Shown here one piece after another: positions 59,036 through 64,000 of a DNA stretch of 64,000 bases. The DNA lies in the NCBI GenBank assembly GCA_963720225.1, contig CAVREY010000006.1, positions 287,189-351,188 of the forward strand, in the 5' to 3' direction. The notes beneath the pieces are model-generated. The model was given only the letters and a program-made list of their open reading frames with translations. It did no database searches and was not told the origin of the DNA. A program made the translations under genes and the position numbers. The stretch comes from an uncultured Acidobacteriota bacterium (GTDB taxonomy: Bacteria; Acidobacteriota; Terriglobia; Acidiferrales; UBA7541). Within the stretch, counting starts at the first letter, position 1, and every line of letters starts with the position of its first letter.

Positions 59036-61372
59036 ATGCCAAGCCGCAAAGCTCCCGCGCTTCTCGCAACAGCAGCAACCGCGGTTCTCGTAGCCGCCGT
59101 CGCATTCCCGCACCACTCGCGCGCGCAACAAGCGCCCCCGGAACAGTCGGAGACGGAGAAATTCTCGCCGATCACGATTTCTGGCACGCAGTTCATGCGC
59201 GACGGCAAGCCCTACGAAGTTCTCTCCGGCGAAATTCACTACGCCCGCGTGCCGCGCGATTACTGGCGCGATCGGCTGCGCAAAATCCGCGCGATGGGCC
59301 TCAACACGATTCAGGTGTACGCGTTCTGGAACGCGCACGAGCCGCGGCCTGGCGTGTTCGATTTCACGGGCAATCTCGATGTAGCCGAATTTCTCCGCAC
59401 CGCGCGCGAGGAAAATCTCAACGTGCTGATGCGCCTCGGCCCCTACGCATGCGGCGAATGGGATGCGGGCGGCTTTCCGGCGTGGCTGTTCGAAGACGGA
59501 AAAATTAAAGTGCGCTCGACCGATCCGCAGTTTCTCGCGGCCGCGGGCGAATATCTGGATCACATCGGTGCGCAGATCGCTCCGTACCTCGGCTCGAAGG
59601 GCGGCCCGATCATCGGACTGCAAATTGAAAATGAGTACGGCTCGTACGGCCCGCGCGCGGCTCATGGTATGGGCCCCGATCCCGCCGCCACGCGCCGCGA
59701 AGCGCATGAATATATGGAAGCGATCCGCAAACTCTTCGTTCACGCCGGACTGGCCAACGAGATGTTCTACACCGCCGACGGCACCGATCTCGAGCAGATG
59801 GAAATGGGCGAGCTCGATGGCGTTCTGGCGGCCGCGAATTTCGGCCCCGGCGAAGCAAAGGGTTCGATCGCGAGAATCAAAGCGCGGCGGCCGAATCAGC
59901 CTGTAATGATCGGCGAATATTGGGACGGTTGGTTTGATTCGTGGGGCGACGACCACCAGACCACCGACACCGCGAAGCAACTCGACGACGTGAAGTGGTT
60001 CCTCTCTAACAATTACTCGTTCAACCTTTATATGGTGCACGGCGGCACCACCCGGGGTTTCTGGAACGGCGCCAATCAGGACGACGGGCCCGACAGCCAC
60101 TACGCGCCAGAGACCAGCAGCTACGATTACGACGCGCCGATCGACGAAGCCGGCCGCCCTACGAAAAAATATTTCGCGTTCCGCGACGCGATCGCCGCGC
60201 ACACGGGTGTTCAGCCGCCGGACGTGCCGCAGAATTTGCCGATTGTCGCGGTTCCTGACTTTGCACTCGCGGAAAACGCGCCGCTTTCGAAAAACCTTCC
60301 CACTCCCGCTTCGGTGAAGACGCCGCAGTCGATGGAATCGTTCGGACAAGGCTACGGCTACATTTTGTATCGCACCGTGGTGCGCAGCGGCGTCGCGCGG
60401 AATTCGACGCTTGCGCCGCCCAGCGAGTCGGAAATGGACGCGGGAAACTCTAGCGCGCGCGGAAATGCGGGAGCGCCTCCGTCTCCGATCGGCAGCGGCG
60501 ATAAACCCCAGAGCGCCGACGGAGGCGATCTGCCCAGCTCAGCGAGCGGGGACGGCGTTCACATCGGCGCCGACGGTTCGATCACTCCGCAGAAAAAAGG
60601 TTTGTGGGGCCGCGACGAGCTCGCGATCAAAGAGCTGCGCGACTTCGCGGCGATCTACATCAACGGAAAACTCGTCGGCACGCTCGACCGGCGGCTGAAT
60701 CAGGACACGCTCACGTTCGATTTGAACGAAAGTCCTGCGACGCTCGACATTCTGGTGGAGAACACCGGCCGCGTGAATTTCGGCCGCCACTTGCCCGACG
60801 GCCGCGGCGGAATCACGGACGCGGTGATTCTGAACGGCGCACCGCTCTTAAATTGGAAAAGTTATTCGCTGCCGATGATGTCGCCGACCGACATTTCGGG
60901 GAAGTCGGCGAAGGCGGGAAATGTTCCGTCGCCCGATCCGATCGTCGGCTGGAGCAAGCACAAGCCGGAGGGCCCGAGCTTTTATCGCGGACACTTCACG
61001 ATGGATAGCCCAGCGGACACGTTCCTCGATGTCTCGGGCGTGCAGAAAGGATTCGTGTGGGTGAACGGCCACAACCTCGGCCGCGCTTGGAACGTTGGAC
61101 CTACGCGAACGCTCTACGTCCCGGCGCCGTGGCTGGTGAAGGGCGACAACGAAGTGATCGCGTTCGACATTTTCCCCGACAGCGCCTCCCAAGATCCGAG
61201 CGCATCCGCGCAATCGAAATCGCGCCCCATCGCGACGAAGATGCTGCGCGGCGTCACCGACCCGATCTACATCAAGCACGCAGCCATGTGGGACGACCGC
61301 GGCATCTGGTGCGAGCAGAATTGCGGCGGCCCACCGATTACGCCGCCTCAGCAGCTCGTCGACGCGAAGTAG
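59036..61372 (+). CDS. secreted GH35 family beta-galactosidase
   Basis: Signal peptide ..AVLVAAVAFPHHSRAQQ. GH35 signature GGPIIGLQIENEYG. 778 aa. Confidence 0.9.
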   Translation: MPSRKAPALLATAATAVLVAAVAFPHHSRAQQAPPEQSETEKFSPITISGTQFMRDGKPYEVLSGEIHYARVPRDYWRDRLRKIRAMGLNTIQVYAFWNAHEPRPGVFDFTGNLDVAEFLRTAREENLNVLMRLGPYACGEWDAGGFPAWLFEDGKIKVRSTDPQFLAAAGEYLDHIGAQIAPYLGSKGGPIIGLQIENEYGSYGPRAAHGMGPDPAATRREAHEYMEAIRKLFVHAGLANEMFYTADGTDLEQMEMGELDGVLAAANFGPGEAKGSIARIKARRPNQPVMIGEYWDGWFDSWGDDHQTTDTAKQLDDVKWFLSNNYSFNLYMVHGGTTRGFWNGANQDDGPDSHYAPETSSYDYDAPIDEAGRPTKKYFAFRDAIAAHTGVQPPDVPQNLPIVAVPDFALAENAPLSKNLPTPASVKTPQSMESFGQGYGYILYRTVVRSGVARNSTLAPPSESEMDAGNSSARGNAGAPPSPIGSGDKPQSADGGDLPSSASGDGVHIGADGSITPQKKGLWGRDELAIKELRDFAAIYINGKLVGTLDRRLNQDTLTFDLNESPATLDILVENTGRVNFGRHLPDGRGGITDAVILNGAPLLNWKSYSLPMMSPTDISGKSAKAGNVPSPDPIVGWSKHKPEGPSFYRGHFTMDSPADTFLDVSGVQKGFVWVNGHNLGRAWNVGPTRTLYVPAPWLVKGDNEVIAFDIFPDSASQDPSASAQSKSRPIATKMLRGVTDPIYIKHAAMWDDRGIWCEQNCGGPPITPPQQLVDAK

Positions 61373-61376
61373 CGCC

Positions 61377-61662
61377 GTGGGAAAGTCCCGGTTCGCGGGA
61401 GCGTCATCTTACGAAACTTGCTCGAGCGACAGGCACCCTCGTCTTTGGTCCGAGCCGGAATGAAACGGAGGGTTGCGTGGCACGGGTAGGTTGCCTGTGT
61501 GCCTCTCTGATGACTCCACTCCCGGTCGACCTCCACCTAGATCAGAAGACTCACAGACAGTATGTCTATGCCACGCACATCTCCATTTCAAGTGAGCGCG
61601 CTCGAACTCGGTCGAACGCGGCGCCGCGCCGGTAGGGACGACAGCCAGGTTGGCCATCCTAC
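61377..61662 (+). mobile_element. MITE/BIME-like element (family M, long form, 286 bp)
   Basis: The left end GTGGGAAAGTCCCGGTTCGCGGGAGCGTCATCTTA starts 5 nt after the GH35 stop. The right end TAGGGACGACAGCCAGGTTGGCCATCCTAC overlaps the TAG of the convergent permease gene. An internal family C hairpin lies at 61550-61575. Confidence 0.6.
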
Positions 61663-64000
61663 TCCTGCCGTAGCGCGCGCACCGGATCGATGCGGCTCGC
61701 TCTCCGCGCGGGAATCCAGCTCGCAGCCGCCGCAGCGAACACCAGCACCGGAATCATCACCGCGAAACTGACCGCCTCAATCTGGTGCATTCCCGCCACG
61801 GAATGGACCATCGCTCGCGCAGCCACCGAAGCCGCGAACGTGCCGATCGCCACGCCGCCGAAAATCAGCGCGAGGCTCTGCCGCAGCACCAGCCAAACCA
61901 CGTTGCCCGCCGTCGCGCCCAACGCCATTCGCACGCCGAGTTCCGGCACGCGCTGCGCCGTCAAGTACGCCATCACGCCATAAATCCCGATGCACGCGAG
62001 CAGCAGCGCGAGGCCTGCGAACACTCCAAACAGCGCCAGCAAAAATCGCTGCGTCGCCAGCGACGCGCTCACCAGCTCCTCCATCGTCCGTACTTGATAC
62101 AGCACCTGATCGTCGCCAGTTCCGCGCAACGCGAGCCGCAGCGAATCCACCATCGCCAGCGGCGGTCCGCTCGTCTGCACCGTGATCGACAAAAACGTCG
62201 AAAACAAATGCATCAATCGGTCCGGCAATTGCGCGAACGGCGTGTAAAGCTGGTCGCGCACGCGCAATTGATCATCGCCCGCAAGCCCGCCGTGCCGCAC
62301 GTGTGCCACGACTCCGATGATCTGGAACGGCGTGCTGCCCGCCACGGGCAAGTGAATCTGTTTGCCCACCGCCGCGTCGATCGACCCGAACGCGTGTTCG
62401 GCCAGCACTTCATCCACCACTGCAACCCAGGGATGGTCGTTGTCGTCGTTGTCCGTGAAGAATCTCCCTCGCCGCAGCGGAATGCCCATCACTTTCAAGT
62501 AGTCGGGCGTGACCGTCGTGCCGTTTGCCAACGGCATCCGGCCGGCTGTCGGCTCGGCGGCGCTGGCCCAGTACGGCTCCATATTTTGCCCCGGGCCCAG
62601 CGGCACAATGTCCGTCAACGCGGCCGCTTCCACACCCGGCACGGCTCTCGCGCGGTCCAGCACATTCATATACGCCGCGCGCGTCGCCGCCCCGTTTTGC
62701 AGCACCGTTGGCGACACACTCATCCTCGCCGTCAGCACCTTCTGCATCCGCACTCCCGGATCGAGCGTCGAAAGCCGCAGCACCGTCCGCCCGAGCATTC
62801 CCGCGGAAACCAGCAACACCACCGCCAGCCCGATTTCAGCGATCACGAATCCGTTGTGCAGCCGCCGCGATCCGTCGCCCATCGAGCGCATTCCGCCGCG
62901 CATTTTCTGTTCCAGATCTCGCGTTGGCGCTCTCAACGCCGGCGCGAGCCCAAACATCAACCCGCTCAGCAGTCCGACGCCCGTCGCCACCAGCAGCACC
63001 CGCCAGTCAAGCTGCACATCACTCGCGCGCGGAAGATCGCCCGGCCACAACGCAAGAAACGGACGTATCCCCGCCGCCGCAATCACCACGCCCAGCAATC
63101 CGCCCGCGAGCCCGAGGATTCCACTCTCCGTCAGGCATTGCCGTATCAACCGCCCTCGTCCCGCTCCCAGCGCAACGCGCATCGCCAGCTCGCGTTCGCG
63201 TGACACTGCGCGCGCCAGCAGCAAGCTCGCCACGTTCACGCACGCGATCAGCAGCACCAGCGTCACCGCGCCGAGCAGTAGCCAAAGCGTGCTGCCCGTT
63301 TTACCCACGATGTCCTGTTGCAGCGGATGCGCCACCGCGCCAACGCCCGCGTCTTCCGGATATTGCTCCGCCATGTGTTTCGCGATTCGGGCGAGTTCCG
63401 CGTTCGCCTGCGCTATCTTCACGCCCGGTTCGAGCCGGCCCAGCGCGTGCATGAAATTCGCCGAGCGTCCCGCCATGCGCGTGTCCGGATCCTGCTCCAG
63501 CGGAATGAACACATCGCCTTTGCCGTCGATCTCGCCGTCGGGATCGAAATGCGGCGGCGTTACGCCCACAATCGTGCGCGACACTCCGTCGAGTTCCAGT
63601 TGCTTGCCGATCGCGTCTTCGCTTCCGGCGTAGAGCCGCTGCCACAACCGGTAGCTGATGATCACCACTGGCGCGCCGCCGCCGCGCTCTTCCTCCATCG
63701 TGAACGCGCGCCCGCGCTCCGGCTGCACTCCCAGCACGCTGAAAATGTCCGATGAGAAGGCGCGGCCGTCCAAGTATTCAGCGTGGCCAACTCCCGTGAT
63801 CGTCCCGCCGCCCCACGACCACGCGGCCAGCTTCGCGACCGAACTTGTGTCGCGCCTGTAGTCGCGAAAATCCGGCGGGGAATAGCCCCACGGCTCGCCG
63901 AGCTGATCGATTTTGCGATGCAGCTGGATCAGTCGTTCGGGCTCGGGATACGAAAGCGGCTTGAGCAGCACGCCGTTCACCAGCGTAAACATCACGGTCG
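61659..64000 (-). CDS. MacB/FtsX-type duplicated ABC transporter permease (ADOP-like); N-terminus outside window
   Basis: Two FtsX-like four-helix blocks are separated by a large periplasmic domain. The frame is still open at base 64000. The listed Met at 63995 is probably internal. Confidence 0.85.
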   Translation of the reverse strand, partial: TVMFTLVNGVLLKPLSYPEPERLIQLHRKIDQLGEPWGYSPPDFRDYRRDTSSVAKLAAWSWGGGTITGVGHAEYLDGRAFSSDIFSVLGVQPERGRAFTMEEERGGGAPVVIISYRLWQRLYAGSEDAIGKQLELDGVSRTIVGVTPPHFDPDGEIDGKGDVFIPLEQDPDTRMAGRSANFMHALGRLEPGVKIAQANAELARIAKHMAEQYPEDAGVGAVAHPLQQDIVGKTGSTLWLLLGAVTLVLLIACVNVASLLLARAVSRERELAMRVALGAGRGRLIRQCLTESGILGLAGGLLGVVIAAAGIRPFLALWPGDLPRASDVQLDWRVLLVATGVGLLSGLMFGLAPALRAPTRDLEQKMRGGMRSMGDGSRRLHNGFVIAEIGLAVVLLVSAGMLGRTVLRLSTLDPGVRMQKVLTARMSVSPTVLQNGAATRAAYMNVLDRARAVPGVEAAALTDIVPLGPGQNMEPYWASAAEPTAGRMPLANGTTVTPDYLKVMGIPLRRGRFFTDNDDNDHPWVAVVDEVLAEHAFGSIDAAVGKQIHLPVAGSTPFQIIGVVAHVRHGGLAGDDQLRVRDQLYTPFAQLPDRLMHLFSTFLSITVQTSGPPLAMVDSLRLALRGTGDDQVLYQVRTMEELVSASLATQRFLLALFGVFAGLALLLACIGIYGVMAYLTAQRVPELGVRMALGATAGNVVWLVLRQSLALIFGGVAIGTFAASVAARAMVHSVAGMHQIEAVSFAVMIPVLVFAAAAASWIPARRASRIDPVRALRQE

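Noticed and set aside
58991-60349. 452-aa ORF on the minus strand
   Set aside because: It is antisense to the GH35 beta-galactosidase, which carries the family signature. It is Arg-rich and of low complexity.
46399-61662. Possibility that the repeated hairpins form a CRISPR array
   Set aside because: The copies are irregularly spaced (hundreds to thousands of bp), occur in both orientations, are separated by genes, and vary in stem sequence. No cas genes are present.
61785-63633. 472-aa, 374-aa and 309-aa plus-strand ORFs
   Set aside because: All are antisense to the FtsX/MacB-type permease. Their Arg/Pro/Ser-rich composition is typical of wrong-frame translation of GC-rich DNA.

Overview
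High-GC bacterial chromosomal segment. The gene content suggests Acidobacteriota, but that is inference only: three membrane Ser/Thr kinases sharing the N-terminus [29 protein letters not shown], a CadC-like wHTH-TPR regulator, a MacB/FtsX-type duplicated permease, and many secreted beta-propeller proteins. About 55 protein-coding genes can be supported. Recognisable ones are eutBC, bacterioferritin, acyl-CoA desaturase, PhoD-type phosphatase, RsgA, S9 peptidase, GH35 beta-galactosidase, an aldo-keto reductase, an amidohydrolase, an EamA transporter and two ArsR-SRPBCC modules. The rest are mostly secreted or membrane proteins of unknown function. I recognised no rRNA, tRNA, CRISPR array, transposase, integrase or phage gene. 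The most unusual content is non-coding. (1) A modular family of REP/BIME- or MITE-like palindromic elements fills almost every intergenic gap between 46 and 62 kb; three copies start right after similar K-TAG gene ends. (2) A pair of ~260-bp direct repeats brackets a three-gene secreted-protein cluster. (3) A second hairpin family follows phoD and the EamA gene. (4) A palindrome-plus-hairpin repeat lies upstream of two paralogous kinase genes that share a promoter layout implying leaderless mRNAs. Other items are a frameshifted 4HB-HAMP sensor, a membrane-protein gene with an in-frame amber codon, two small ORFs below the ORF-track cutoff, a 68-aa DnaJ-type zinc-finger miniprotein, and a membrane-domain/STAS fusion with no partner switch. 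All family assignments come from motifs read by eye. No database search was possible.
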